Made by a program: the position numbers and the translations under genes. A stretch of 64,000 nt of DNA, from assembly GCA_963698075.1 (NCBI GenBank), contig OY969116.1:19881-83880 (forward strand). Reading direction: 5' to 3'. Under the pieces are notes generated by a model. It searched no databases. It saw only the letters and a program-made list of their open reading frames with translations, and was not told where the DNA came from. Below are positions 29,316 through 37,937 of the stretch, piece by piece. The DNA comes from an uncultured Candidatus Berkelbacteria bacterium. Lineage in GTDB: Bacteria > Patescibacteriota > UBA1384 > UBA12157 > JAENIV01. The stretch's first letter is position 1; each line of letters begins with the position of its first letter.

Positions 29316-29380
29316 AGTTGCACTCGAATCGTATTTATGATAACATAAATTGCTAGAGTTTCAAGAAATAGAAAGATTAA

Positions 29381-29569
29381 ATGAATACTTGCCAAATTTG
29401 CGGTCGGAGAACTCATGTTGGTTATAACCGGCCTCATTCAGTTCACCGAACCAAAAGAAAAATTTATCCCAATATTCAAAAAATTCATGGCCAATTTATT
29501 TGCATGGGTTGCTTGAGGACTCATTACAAATCTGCTCAGCGTACTAAACGCCAAAGTGAAAAATCTTAA
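29381..29569 (+). CDS. rpmB: 50S ribosomal protein L28
   Basis: 62 aa. CQICGRRTHVGYNRPHSVHRTKRKIYPNIQK matches the L28 consensus (C.v.GkrP..GnNrSHA.N.TkRrf.PNLq). Confidence 0.7.
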   Translation: MNTCQICGRRTHVGYNRPHSVHRTKRKIYPNIQKIHGQFICMGCLRTHYKSAQRTKRQSEKS

Positions 29570-29877
29570 ACGCTTGGCTTCGCTTCCTGGTCTGCGGCCT
29601 TAGCTCTGGATTTTGCCCAACATTCAGCGCAAAGGACATCATTAGGATCTCTTGGCTGGAAGTTAACTTCGCCTTCCTTGCCACATTCTTTGCAGATGAT
29701 CGAATATTTTTGCGTGTTTTCCCGTGTTTTTCTTTGTTTACGACAATCGGGACAGCGGCCAGGAGGATTTTGTAAACCTTTATCAGCGTAAAATTGTTGT
29801 TCGCCAGCAGACCAAATAAATTCCTTAGAACATTCCTTGCAGTTTAATTTTTTGTCTTCAAAATTCATTATTACCAT
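29566..29877 (-). CDS. hypothetical zinc-ribbon protein (103 aa, three CxxC pairs)
   Basis: CKECSKEF...CPDCRKQ...CKECGKEG...CAECW pattern. Convergent with rpmB. Confidence 0.45.
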   Translation of the reverse strand: MVIMNFEDKKLNCKECSKEFIWSAGEQQFYADKGLQNPPGRCPDCRKQRKTRENTQKYSIICKECGKEGEVNFQPRDPNDVLCAECWAKSRAKAADQEAKPSV

Positions 29878-29983
29878 TACCTTGTGTTTAATTGAGGGTT
29901 CGACCGACTAAAACTTTTTGTTTTACCCCTTCAATTGTAAAAGAAAAGTTTTCTTTTTGTCAAATGTAGGTTACAATCCAAAT

Positions 29984-30634
29984 ATGAAAATCAGTGAGAT
30001 TTTTAAATTACAAGCCGATGACTTAAAGTTTGCCCACGCTTATTTAGTCAAAGATTTTTTTGATACCCGCGAAACTGCCAAACTTCTAGAGATAAATGGG
30101 CCAGATCTTTTAGAAATTAAAGAAAAACCTCTTATCATCAAGACGATTCGTCAGTTGATTCATTGGTTAGCCTTAAAACCTCATAGTTCTCCTAGAAAAT
30201 TAGCCATCATTTATCAGGCAGAGGCTATGACCGTAGAAGCAGCCAATGCTCTTTTAAAAACCCTTGAGGAACCACCAAAAGATTCAGTCTTAATTTTACA
30301 AGCCCAGAATTTAGATCAGATTTTGCCGACGATTGCTTCGCGATGTCAATTTATCCGAGGCGAGCAATTGAAAAAAGATACACCCTTGGATTATCAATCG
30401 CCAGAAATATTAGCCCAAAAAAATTTAAAAGCACGCTTTGATTATGCTACCCAGATTAGTGATTTAGAAAATTTGAAGGAGATAATTAATGCCTGGGAAG
30501 AATATTTTTCTTCTAAATTATTGCAAGGTCAAGATTCTAGGGCGATATTAAGAAAAATTGGAAAGACAAGAGATTTACTTTTAACCAATGCTTCTGTAAA
30601 ATTACTTTTAGAGAACCTTTTATTGGATTTTTAA
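29984..30634 (+). CDS. holB: DNA polymerase III delta-prime subunit (degenerate AAA+ clamp-loader subunit)
   Basis: FAHAYLV N-terminus and clamp-loader motifs ALLKTLEEPP and TIASRCQ. No Walker A, as expected for delta-prime. The ORF-track start at 29918 is probably upstream of the real ATG. Confidence 0.65.
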   Translation: MKISEIFKLQADDLKFAHAYLVKDFFDTRETAKLLEINGPDLLEIKEKPLIIKTIRQLIHWLALKPHSSPRKLAIIYQAEAMTVEAANALLKTLEEPPKDSVLILQAQNLDQILPTIASRCQFIRGEQLKKDTPLDYQSPEILAQKNLKARFDYATQISDLENLKEIINAWEEYFSSKLLQGQDSRAILRKIGKTRDLLLTNASVKLLLENLLLDF

Positions 30635-30635
30635 G

Positions 30636-31292
30636 ATGAAACAAGTTTTACTTCGTTTCCCGACAACTGGAAAAGTCTATTTGTATAAGACATCTTTAGA
30701 TTTGAGCCCACGTGATGTTGTTTTGGCTGACTTTGGCGGAATTGTTGAGGAGGCTGTGGTGATTGCCAAAAATGATAAAATTGGCGAAATTGAGGAGAGT
30801 AGCGATCAGATTTTAAGAATTGTAACTTGTCAAGACCGCGAGCATCGTTCCCAGTTAAAAAAAATTGCCAGAAACTTGATCGAAGAAACTCAAAAAAAAG
30901 TTAATCGACATAGTCTGAAGATGACAATTCTTGACGCCGATCTTTCTTTTGATGAAAAAAAATTAACTTTTTATTTTAGTGCCAGAAGCCGCGTAGATTT
31001 TCGCAGTCTTGTCACTGATTTAGTTAAAAGCTATAACAAGTTAATTCGTCTTCAGCAGGTGGGGGCACGAGATGAGGCTCGATTCTTTGGCGGGATCGGT
31101 AAATGCGGAAGAGAGCTTTGCTGTAATAAATTTTTAAACAATCTTGAAAGCATTACCCTCGAGATGGCCGAGCTTCAAGAACTCTCGACTGCCGGTTCTG
31201 CCAAGCTCTCGGGTTGTTGTGGGAAATTGATGTGTTGTTTGGCTTTCGAAGCCCAAAATTACCCTAAGAAGACAAAAGAATCGAGGTTTTAA
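30636..31292 (+). CDS. ricT: PSP1 C-terminal domain protein (YaaT/RicT-like)
   Basis: Conserved holB-yaaT linkage. Cys-rich C-terminus GKCGRELCCNKF...GCCGKLMCC typical of YaaT/RicT. Confidence 0.7.
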   Translation: MKQVLLRFPTTGKVYLYKTSLDLSPRDVVLADFGGIVEEAVVIAKNDKIGEIEESSDQILRIVTCQDREHRSQLKKIARNLIEETQKKVNRHSLKMTILDADLSFDEKKLTFYFSARSRVDFRSLVTDLVKSYNKLIRLQQVGARDEARFFGGIGKCGRELCCNKFLNNLESITLEMAELQELSTAGSAKLSGCCGKLMCCLAFEAQNYPKKTKESRF

Positions 31293-31293
31293 C

Positions 31294-31794
31294 ATGATTG
31301 GCATTATTATCGTGGTGGCGGCAATTGTCGTGATTATAGTTTTGATTGCTCGTCGTCTCCCAGATGCCCGGGCGAAAATGTATCAATCACGCGAAGTTTC
31401 CGACCAAGAGATTAGTCTATACGGTTTAATCGCTCAGGCAGATGAGGCCTTTGAGGGGAAAAATTATGAGGAAGCGGAGAATACCTATGTTAAAGCCGCT
31501 TCTCAGGACCCTGACAATCCAAAAATATATTCTCGATTAGGCGCCATTTATTTAGAACAAAAGAATTTTTATGATGCTCGAGATGCTTTTTTGCAAGCGG
31601 CCAAAATCGAACCAGATTTAGCTTCTCGACACATCAATCTCGGTTTGGCTTACATGGGCCTTAAAGATTATTATAAAGCCGGCGAATCATTCAAGAAAGC
31701 CTTAGAGCTCGATCCTAAAAATAAAAAATATGAGCGTTTGTGGGACAAAGCGGAAAAAGCGCAGGAGAAAAGAGAAAAGAAAAAGATAAAATAG
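31294..31794 (+). CDS. membrane-anchored TPR-repeat protein
   Basis: N-terminal TM (IGIIIVVAAIVVIIVLI), three TPR-like repeats (AENTYVKAASQDPDN..., ARDAFLQAAKIEPD..., AGESFKKALELDPKN) and a basic tail. Confidence 0.55.
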   Translation: MIGIIIVVAAIVVIIVLIARRLPDARAKMYQSREVSDQEISLYGLIAQADEAFEGKNYEEAENTYVKAASQDPDNPKIYSRLGAIYLEQKNFYDARDAFLQAAKIEPDLASRHINLGLAYMGLKDYYKAGESFKKALELDPKNKKYERLWDKAEKAQEKREKKKIK

Positions 31795-31846
31795 CCCCCA
31801 TAGCTTAGTGGCAGAGCAGTAGTTTTGTGGGCCATTTGCCGTCTGC
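31795..31846 (+). pseudogene. truncated tRNA-Thr(UGU)-like 5' half (acceptor, D-arm and anticodon loop only)
   Basis: GCCCCCATAGCTTAGTGGCAGAGCAGTAGTTTTGTGG parallels the 5' half of the adjacent intact tRNA-Thr (GCCGACGTAGCTCAGTGGTAGAGCAGCTGTTTTGT). There is no matching 3' half. Confidence 0.45.
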
Positions 31847-31918
31847 GCCGACGTAGCTCAGTGGTAGAGCAGCTGTTTTGTAAACAGTAGGTCGGAGGTT
31901 CGAATCCTCTCGTCGGCT
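31847..31918 (+). tRNA. tRNA-Thr (anticodon UGU)
   Basis: Manual cloverleaf. Acceptor GCCGACG/CGTCGGC, D-arm GCTC-AGTGGTA-GAGC, anticodon stem GCTGT/ACAGT with loop TTTGTAA, T-arm GGAGG-TTCGAAT-CCTCT, discriminator U. Confidence 0.85.
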
Positions 31919-31961
31919 TAGACGGGAGACGGCAAATCAAACTATTGACGTAGGTTCGCAC

Positions 31962-31987
31962 TTGGTCGCGAGACCAAAGGCATTTTT
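31962..31987 (+). terminator. rho-independent terminator (TTGGTC-GCGA-GACCAA followed by GGCATTTTT)
   Basis: Stem, GNRA loop and U-run read directly, downstream of tRNA-Thr. Confidence 0.55.
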
Positions 31988-32014
31988 CCCTCTGGGGGCT
32001 CCATTTATTTTTCC

Positions 32015-32043
32015 TTGAGAAAACACAAAAAAAATGCTAAAAT
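32015..32043 (+). promoter_or_regulatory. candidate sigma70 promoter for the tRNA-Tyr/Thr/rpmG/Trp transcript
   Basis: TTGAGA, a 17-nt spacer, then TAAAAT, read directly about 50 nt upstream of tRNA-Tyr. Confidence 0.4.
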
Positions 32044-32095
32044 AACCTTGATAGCCGGGTTGGCCTCGCCAAGGCGGGGTAAACTCCGTACATCG

Positions 32096-32180
32096 TGCCG
32101 AGGTACCGAAGTGGTCAAACGGGGCTGACTGTAAATCAGCTGCCTTTATGGCTTCGGGGGTTCGAATCCCTCCCTCGGCA
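32096..32180 (+). tRNA. tRNA-Tyr (anticodon GUA), long variable arm
   Basis: Acceptor GCCGAGG/CCTCGGC, U8A9, 3-bp D-stem CCG/CGG, anticodon stem GCTGA/TCAGC with loop CTGTAAA, variable stem-loop GCC-TTTAT-GGC, T-arm GGGGG-TTCGAAT-CCCTC, discriminator A. Confidence 0.8.
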
Positions 32181-32222
32181 CAAACCTGACTGCTTGCCCC
32201 GCAAACGAGCGAAGCGAGATGT

Positions 32223-32277
32223 GCTGGGGTAAATCAGGCGCCTTTATGGCTACGGGAGTGCAAATCTCTCACCCGGC
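32223..32277 (+). pseudogene. degenerate duplicate of the tRNA-Tyr 3' half (anticodon arm through acceptor 3' strand)
   Basis: GCTGGGGTAAATCAGGCGCCTTTATGGCTACGGGAGTGCAAATCTCTCACCCGGCA aligns at roughly 80% to the 3' part of the tRNA-Tyr 45 nt upstream. No 5' half, so it cannot fold alone. Confidence 0.45.
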
Positions 32278-32281
32278 ATTT

Positions 32282-32353
32282 GCCCACCTAGCTCAGCGGT
32301 AGAGCAACTCCATGGTAAGGAGTAGGTCACCGGTTCAAATCCGGTGGTGGGCT
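32282..32353 (+). tRNA. tRNA-Thr (anticodon GGU)
   Basis: Acceptor GCCCACC/GGTGGGC, D-arm GCTC-AGCGGTA-GAGC, anticodon stem ACTCC/GGAGT with loop ATGGTAA, T-arm ACCGG-TTCAAAT-CCGGT, discriminator U. Confidence 0.8.
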
Positions 32354-32560
32354 AAGAAATTATCTAAAGAAAGGAATATTATAGCCAAGGCCAAATCGAT
32401 TTTAATTCAACTAGAATGTACGGTTTGTAAGTCGAAAAATTACACCACTAGTAAAAATCCAACAGAGAATAAAGAAAAGTTAGGTTTAAATAAATTTTGT
32501 AAAAAGTGCCGCAAGCATACCTTGCATAAAGAAGTTAAAATTTCGAAGCCTAAGAAGTAA
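32354..32560 (+). CDS. rpmG: 50S ribosomal protein L33 (zinc-ribbon type); start codon unresolved
   Basis: CTVCKSKNYTTSKNPTENKEKLGLNKFCKKCRKHTLHKEVK matches the L33 consensus (C..C...NY.T.KN......KLEL.K.C..C..HT.HKE.K). The frame is open from the end of tRNA-Thr(GGU) with no in-frame ATG/GTG/TTG outside the tRNA. The ORF-track ATG at 32312 lies in the tRNA anticodon loop. Confidence 0.6.
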   Translation, partial: KKLSKERNIIAKAKSILIQLECTVCKSKNYTTSKNPTENKEKLGLNKFCKKCRKHTLHKEVKISKPKK

Positions 32561-32565
32561 TAATT

Positions 32566-32639
32566 GGGCCTGTAGTTTAGTGGTAAAACGGCGGTCTCCA
32601 AAACCGCAGTCGGGCGTCCGATTCGCTCCAGGCCTGCCA
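32566..32639 (+). tRNA. tRNA-Trp (anticodon CCA), 3' CCA encoded
   Basis: Acceptor GGGCCTG/CAGGCCT (G1-U72 wobble), D-arm GTTT-AGTGGTA-AAAC, anticodon stem GCGGT/ACCGC with loop CTCCAAA, T-arm GGGCG-TCCGATT-CGCTC (unusual T-loop), discriminator G, then CCA. Confidence 0.75.
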
Positions 32640-32666
32640 GAAATAAACCTTTCGAACGACTCGGGG

Positions 32667-32695
32667 TTGACGATTTTTGATTAGTTTATTACAAT
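32667..32695 (+). promoter_or_regulatory. candidate sigma70 promoter of the pilus operon
   Basis: TTGACG, a 17-nt spacer, then TACAAT, read directly about 70 nt upstream of pilB. Confidence 0.45.
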
Positions 32696-32764
32696 TGAAT
32701 TAAGATAGATCCCGCCTACGCCAAACCTTTTCAAGAAGTAGGTGATTTTTCCTCTTCTTGAATT

Positions 32765-35044
32765 ATGTTTGGACTTCGGCGGGCAAGTCTCCTTCAAGGA
32801 GGGAGTTTGATTGTAGCCAATGATAAAAAATTAATTGATGTTCTCGTGGACACCGGTAAAATCAAAAAAGAAAATGTCCGTGATTTTGGAAATTTGTCTA
32901 ACCAGACCCTAGAGGACAAACTTAAAGCTCAAGGTATCCTCTCGGAGGAAGATATCAATCGGGCCTATGGGATTCTTTATGCGTTGCCTGCTATAAATTT
33001 GAAAGACCTGAAGATCCCCAAAGAAACTTTGGCGATAATTCCGGAGAACTTGGCCCGGCAATATAAAATTGTTGCTTACGAAAAAACGAATGATGTTCTT
33101 AAGGTTGCCGTGGCTGAACCAGGAAAATTATCGACGAACCTTAACCAGGTTTTGGAAGACATCAAAACCAAGAAAGGTTTAAAAATTATGCTAGCAATGA
33201 CCTCGATGGAAGATTTGAATTTTGCTATAGAACAATACTTTCATCGAAAAACTCCTCCAGCTGTCACCCAAAAGGCCAGTCGCGAGATTAATTTGGAAAC
33301 AATCCAAATTCCTTATGAAGTTATAAGCAAGTTTCCTGAAGATATTGCCCGCAAATATAAAATGGTCGTTTTTGAAGCCCCACATCCATCTTTCATCAAG
33401 GTGGCTGTGGCCGATCCTAGCGATAAAAAGGTGAGAGAAATCCTTGATTTTATTAGAGAAAAAAATGATATCGCTATTGAAGAATACATCGCCACACCTG
33501 GTCAAATTCATCAAAGCTTCAGGTTCTATGAACCTCCAAAAACAGCTATTTCGTCTTCAACGGAGTCGACGGTTGCCAATAAGCCAGCGCCACCAAGTGT
33601 TAGTTTACCGCCAATAACTCAGGCAGTTCCTGAATTAGCTCCTAAAAAATTTGTATCTAGGCCCGCCCCGCCTGTCTCGCCGAGCCAAGGCGGACCGCCC
33701 GGAGCGCCAATTACCAAACCTGTTCCCGCCCAAAAGACATCACTTAAAGAAGAAGAAATTCCTGAAGTGCAAGGCAAGGAGACCGAAACTCCTCTTGATA
33801 TCTCCAATGAAAATGATTTGGATACTTTTCTGGGTCAGGAGATTAAAGATGTTGGTGATCTCCAGGCATTTGCCGAAGGGGAACATATTCCTAAAACTAT
33901 CGCCGCCATTATTGCTTTAGCTGTTCGCAACAAAGCTTCCGATATTCATATCGAGCCCACGGAAAAATTTTTGAGAGTTCGTTATCGAATCGATGGCATT
34001 TTACGCGATATTATTAAACTGCCTTTAGAACAACAGCCGGCGATTATTTCCCGAATAAAAATCTTATCAAATTTAAAAATCGATGAGTCTCGCATTCCCC
34101 AAGATGGTCGTTTTGATGTAAAAACCAGTAATCATCAAATTGACTTAAGAATTTCGACTTTGCCAACCGTCAATGGCGAAAAGGCCGCGATGAGAATTTT
34201 GGATAAATCTCTCCAGATGTACACTCTTGAAGAACTTGGTTTAGCTGGTCGAGGTCTCAAAATTTTAATTGAAAATATCGATAAACCATATGGTATCGTC
34301 TTGGCAACCGGTCCGACTGGCTCTGGCAAATCCACGACTTTGTATGCTATCTTGAGCCGAATTTCCACCGCTTCCGTCAACATTATTACTTTGGAAGATC
34401 CGGTGGAGTATGAATTACCGGGCTTGAATCAATGTCAAATCAAACCGAAAATTGGCTTCACTTTTGCCAATGGACTCCGCAGTGTTCTTCGTCAAGATCC
34501 CAATATTATTATGGTTGGTGAAATCCGCGATGCGGAGACGGCTTCTCTGGCTACCCACGCTGCTTTAACTGGCCAACTGGTCTTGTCGACCCTCCATACC
34601 AACGATGCGACAGGAGCTTTGCCGCGACTAACTAATATGGGAGTTGAGCCCTTTTTGATTACTTCATCGACCAATTGTATCATTGGCCAAAGATTGGTCA
34701 GACGGCTCTGCGCCAAATGCAAGCGACCAGCCCATATCCCCGAACCAGTCGAAAAAGAAATCGAAAGGGAATTGGCTAAATTCAATTTACCCAAGCCGTA
34801 TCATTTTTTTGAAGGCAAAGGTTGTCCGGAGTGTAATCAAGGTTATCAAGGGAGAGTCGGAATTTTTGAAGTTTTACCGATGTCAGAAAAAATCGAAAAT
34901 CTGGCGATTACCCGTCGGCCAGCATCAGAAATCAAAACTGCCGCGATTGAAGAAGGCATGATTACGATGAAGCAAGATGGTTTAATCAAGGCAATCAAAG
35001 GGATCACCACTGTCAATGAAGTTTTAAGAGTAGTGTCAATATAA
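32765..35044 (+). CDS. pilB: type IV pilus assembly ATPase PilB (GspE family) with two N-terminal MshEN-type domains and a Pro-rich linker
   Basis: Walker A GPTGSGKSTT, Asp box, His box, tetracysteine CAKC...CPEC. An approximately 100-aa proline-rich spacer precedes the N2/ATPase core. Confidence 0.85.
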   Translation: MFGLRRASLLQGGSLIVANDKKLIDVLVDTGKIKKENVRDFGNLSNQTLEDKLKAQGILSEEDINRAYGILYALPAINLKDLKIPKETLAIIPENLARQYKIVAYEKTNDVLKVAVAEPGKLSTNLNQVLEDIKTKKGLKIMLAMTSMEDLNFAIEQYFHRKTPPAVTQKASREINLETIQIPYEVISKFPEDIARKYKMVVFEAPHPSFIKVAVADPSDKKVREILDFIREKNDIAIEEYIATPGQIHQSFRFYEPPKTAISSSTESTVANKPAPPSVSLPPITQAVPELAPKKFVSRPAPPVSPSQGGPPGAPITKPVPAQKTSLKEEEIPEVQGKETETPLDISNENDLDTFLGQEIKDVGDLQAFAEGEHIPKTIAAIIALAVRNKASDIHIEPTEKFLRVRYRIDGILRDIIKLPLEQQPAIISRIKILSNLKIDESRIPQDGRFDVKTSNHQIDLRISTLPTVNGEKAAMRILDKSLQMYTLEELGLAGRGLKILIENIDKPYGIVLATGPTGSGKSTTLYAILSRISTASVNIITLEDPVEYELPGLNQCQIKPKIGFTFANGLRSVLRQDPNIIMVGEIRDAETASLATHAALTGQLVLSTLHTNDATGALPRLTNMGVEPFLITSSTNCIIGQRLVRRLCAKCKRPAHIPEPVEKEIERELAKFNLPKPYHFFEGKGCPECNQGYQGRVGIFEVLPMSEKIENLAITRRPASEIKTAAIEEGMITMKQDGLIKAIKGITTVNEVLRVVSI

Positions 35045-35136
35045 ATAACTAAAAACTAAAATGTAAAAACTAAAAACTACAGCTTAAAGCATAAAAAAAT
35101 CGATATCATTTAACATTTGCGTTTTAAGCTTTAAGT

Positions 35137-36219
35137 TTGACCGGAGGGAACATGCAAATTACATTAGATCCAACGATGAAAAAACTTCTCGATCTCGCGA
35201 TCGAAAGGAAGGCCTCTGATCTCCATTTAACCGTCGGGGTGCCGCCAACTATCCGTATTGATGGTAAATTAAGTGCTGTCCCCGATGAACCGGTTTTGAC
35301 CACCGAGACGGTCTCCAGGCTGATTCAGTCTTTTATGACGAGTGAGCAATTGGAGCGGCTAAAAATTCGCAAAGAAGTTGATTTTTCCTTTGGTTATCAG
35401 GATATGCGTTTTCGGACTAATACTTATTTTCAAAAAGGTAACCTTGCCGCTTCTTTGAGGTTAATTCCTAAACTTATCAAAAGCATTAACGAACTAGGTT
35501 TACCGCCAATTTTGGAGAAGTTTACCAATCCTTCGCAAGGATTTTTTATCATTACTGGGCCAACCGGCCATGGCAAATCCACCACCTTGGCGGCGATGAT
35601 TAACCATATTAATCACAACCGTGCGGAGCATATCGTTACCATTGAAGACCCAGTCGAATATGTTTTTGAACATGATAAGTCGATTATTTCCCAAAGAGAA
35701 GTCGGTTCAGACACCAATTCTTTTGCGAGAGCCTTACGCTCTTCTTTGCGCGAAGATCCTAATGTTGTTTTGGTAGGGGAAATGCGTGATCTCGAGACTA
35801 TTGATGCCGCCCTAACCTTGGCCGAAACTGGCCATTTGGTTTATACCACCTTACATACCAATTCCGCCTCTCAGACAGCTGATCGTATCATTGATGTTTT
35901 TCCTCCTCATCAACAACAGCAAGTTCGGATGCAGTTGGCCAATGTCTTGCTTGGGGTTGTCTCGCAAAGATTAATCCCAAGAACCTCCGGCGGTCGAATT
36001 GTTGCTTGTGAAATTATGGTCGCCAATTCCGCTGTTAGAGCCACCATTCGTGAGGGTAAAACTCATCAATTGCCCAACATCATCCAAACTTCAGCCTCAG
36101 AAGGAATGATTACCTTAGATAAAGTCTTGGCTGAATTGGTTAGTAAAGGCGAAATCACCATTGATAATGCCTTAACCTGGTCACTCGATCCCAAAGCGTT
36201 TAAGATGATGGTGTATTAG
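35137..36219 (+). CDS. pilT: twitching-motility retraction ATPase PilT
   Basis: About 360 aa PilT-size protein. Walker A GPTGHGKSTT, EDPVEY, GEMRD. Lacks the N-terminal extension of PilB. Confidence 0.85.
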   Translation: MTGGNMQITLDPTMKKLLDLAIERKASDLHLTVGVPPTIRIDGKLSAVPDEPVLTTETVSRLIQSFMTSEQLERLKIRKEVDFSFGYQDMRFRTNTYFQKGNLAASLRLIPKLIKSINELGLPPILEKFTNPSQGFFIITGPTGHGKSTTLAAMINHINHNRAEHIVTIEDPVEYVFEHDKSIISQREVGSDTNSFARALRSSLREDPNVVLVGEMRDLETIDAALTLAETGHLVYTTLHTNSASQTADRIIDVFPPHQQQQVRMQLANVLLGVVSQRLIPRTSGGRIVACEIMVANSAVRATIREGKTHQLPNIIQTSASEGMITLDKVLAELVSKGEITIDNALTWSLDPKAFKMMVY

Positions 36220-36374
36220 AAAGCTTAAAGCTAAAAGCTTAAAGCTAAAAACTGCAATTTAAAATAAAAAAGAAAATAAAATCATTTTAAACTTTTTGCT
36301 GAAGCTTTAACATTTAACCTTTAAGTTTTAACATAATTATGGTATATTAAATTTATCAAGATAAAAGGAGGGTT

Positions 36375-37433
36375 GTGAAAGATATCGTTCTCTTTTCGAG
36401 GATAACCAATAAGGAAAAGGTTTTTTTCGCCAGACAATTGGCAGTGATGATCTCTTCGGGGCTGGCGATTGATAATGCCATTAATTTGGTGCGCCTACAA
36501 ACCAGGAATGTTGCTTTCAAGCGTGTTTTGGGGCAAGTTTACACCGATGTTCAAGCGGGAGAAAAACTTTCAACTAGTCTGGGTAAATTCCCAAGGGTTT
36601 TTGATCAAGTTTTCATTGCCGTTGTCAGTTCTGGTGAGGCTTCGGGAAAACTTGATAAGGTTTTGACTCATTTAGCCGACAGAATGGAAGAGATGCAAAA
36701 TTTTAAAAGTAAAGTCAGATCAGCCCTCGCTTACCCGATTTTTATCATTGTGATGATGATTTTAGTGATTGCGGTCATGATGATTAAAGTCATCCCGGTT
36801 TTAAAAGGCGTTTTTGAAGATTCGGGGGCGAAATTGCCCTGGACAACCCGAGTGATTATGGCTATTTCCGACTTTATGGTTACCTGGTGGTGGCTGGTGC
36901 TGGCGGCCATCGCTTTCTTGGTTCTTATTTTATGGTTTATCTTTACCCAGACTAAGGGAGGGCGTTTTAGTTGGGATGTAATTAAATTAAAGTTCCCAAT
37001 TGTTCGCTATGTTTCCTATGATATGTATATGGCCAGATTCACGCGTACCTTGGGAATGCTGATTGCCTCCGGCATCCCGATAATCGAGACCATCAAAATT
37101 ACTGCTCGGGCAATGAATAATCGAGTTTACATTCGGATTTTAAAAAATGTCATCAGTCAAGTTGAACGGGGGATTCCCATGTCCGTGCCCTTGGAAAAAG
37201 AAAAAGAGTTTCCGATCCTCGTGCCTCAAATGATTATGGTCGGCGAGCAAACGGGCAAACTCGAGACTTTAATGGAGAAGTTAGCCGATTATTATGAAGG
37301 TGAAGTTGACACCAAAGTGAAAACTATTGCCAGTTTGATTGAACCGGTAACGATTGTGATTGTCGGTGCGGGAGTGGGCTTTTTGGTTTATTCAATTTTA
37401 TATCCAATATATAGTTTGGTAAATGTAATTTAA
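36375..37433 (+). CDS. pilC: type IV pilus platform protein PilC (GspF family)
   Basis: GTG start. Two GspF-type repeats with three TM helices. Sits downstream of pilB and pilT. Confidence 0.8.
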   Translation: MKDIVLFSRITNKEKVFFARQLAVMISSGLAIDNAINLVRLQTRNVAFKRVLGQVYTDVQAGEKLSTSLGKFPRVFDQVFIAVVSSGEASGKLDKVLTHLADRMEEMQNFKSKVRSALAYPIFIIVMMILVIAVMMIKVIPVLKGVFEDSGAKLPWTTRVIMAISDFMVTWWWLVLAAIAFLVLILWFIFTQTKGGRFSWDVIKLKFPIVRYVSYDMYMARFTRTLGMLIASGIPIIETIKITARAMNNRVYIRILKNVISQVERGIPMSVPLEKEKEFPILVPQMIMVGEQTGKLETLMEKLADYYEGEVDTKVKTIASLIEPVTIVIVGAGVGFLVYSILYPIYSLVNVI

Positions 37434-37449
37434 CAATTTTCAAACACCA

Positions 37450-37815
37450 ATGACCATTCAAATTCCAAATTCCAATAGAAAATTTGATTTAGAAGAACGG
37501 ACGTTAAAATTCGGGATTGAGATTATCAATTTTGCGAAAACAATAGAACAAACTGCAATATCCAGACCAATAATAAGCCAGTTAGTCAGATCGGGTACAA
37601 GTACTGGTGCGAACTACACGGAAGCAAACGAGTGTAATTTCAAGAAAGATTTTTATCATAAGATCAATTTGGCGAAGAAGGAAGGAAAAGAAACTGTTTA
37701 CTGGTTGAATATTCTTGAGGGTATTATTAACGATAAGAGGAAATTACGATTGTTAAAACAAGAAGCCCACGAATTTGTCTTAATCTTTTCAGCAATACTT
37801 AAAAAGAAGGTTTGA
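37450..37815 (+). CDS. four-helix-bundle protein (TIGR02436 / 23S-rRNA-IVS protein family, Avd-like), copy 1
   Basis: 121 aa. Family signature FDLEERT..F......F and GANY.EA......DF..K...A.KE..ET.YWL. Paralogous to 38439-38801 and 39707-40075. Confidence 0.7.
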   Translation: MTIQIPNSNRKFDLEERTLKFGIEIINFAKTIEQTAISRPIISQLVRSGTSTGANYTEANECNFKKDFYHKINLAKKEGKETVYWLNILEGIINDKRKLRLLKQEAHEFVLIFSAILKKKV

Positions 37816-37937
37816 ATTTTGAGATTTATGGTTTGAATGGATGTTGGAATTTATAATTTGGGATTTTAACAAATAAGGTTTGTAAGGTCGATCAACCTTA
37901 AGAAATAATAAATCAAATTAATAAAAGGAGAAAAAAC

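Noticed and set aside
31795-32000. A giant intron-containing tRNA: 5' GCCCCCA at 31795 pairing with TGGGGGC-T-CCA at 31993-32003, with tRNA-Thr nested inside
   Set aside because: No T-arm precedes the downstream TGGGGGC. The anticodon-stem partner is only a weak wobble match. The upstream piece is better explained as a 5'-half duplicate of tRNA-Thr(UGU). The TGGGGGCTCCA match is probably coincidental.
32312-32353. ATG start of the 82-aa ORF at 32312
   Set aside because: It lies inside the anticodon loop of tRNA-Thr(GGU). The L33 homology begins only after the tRNA.
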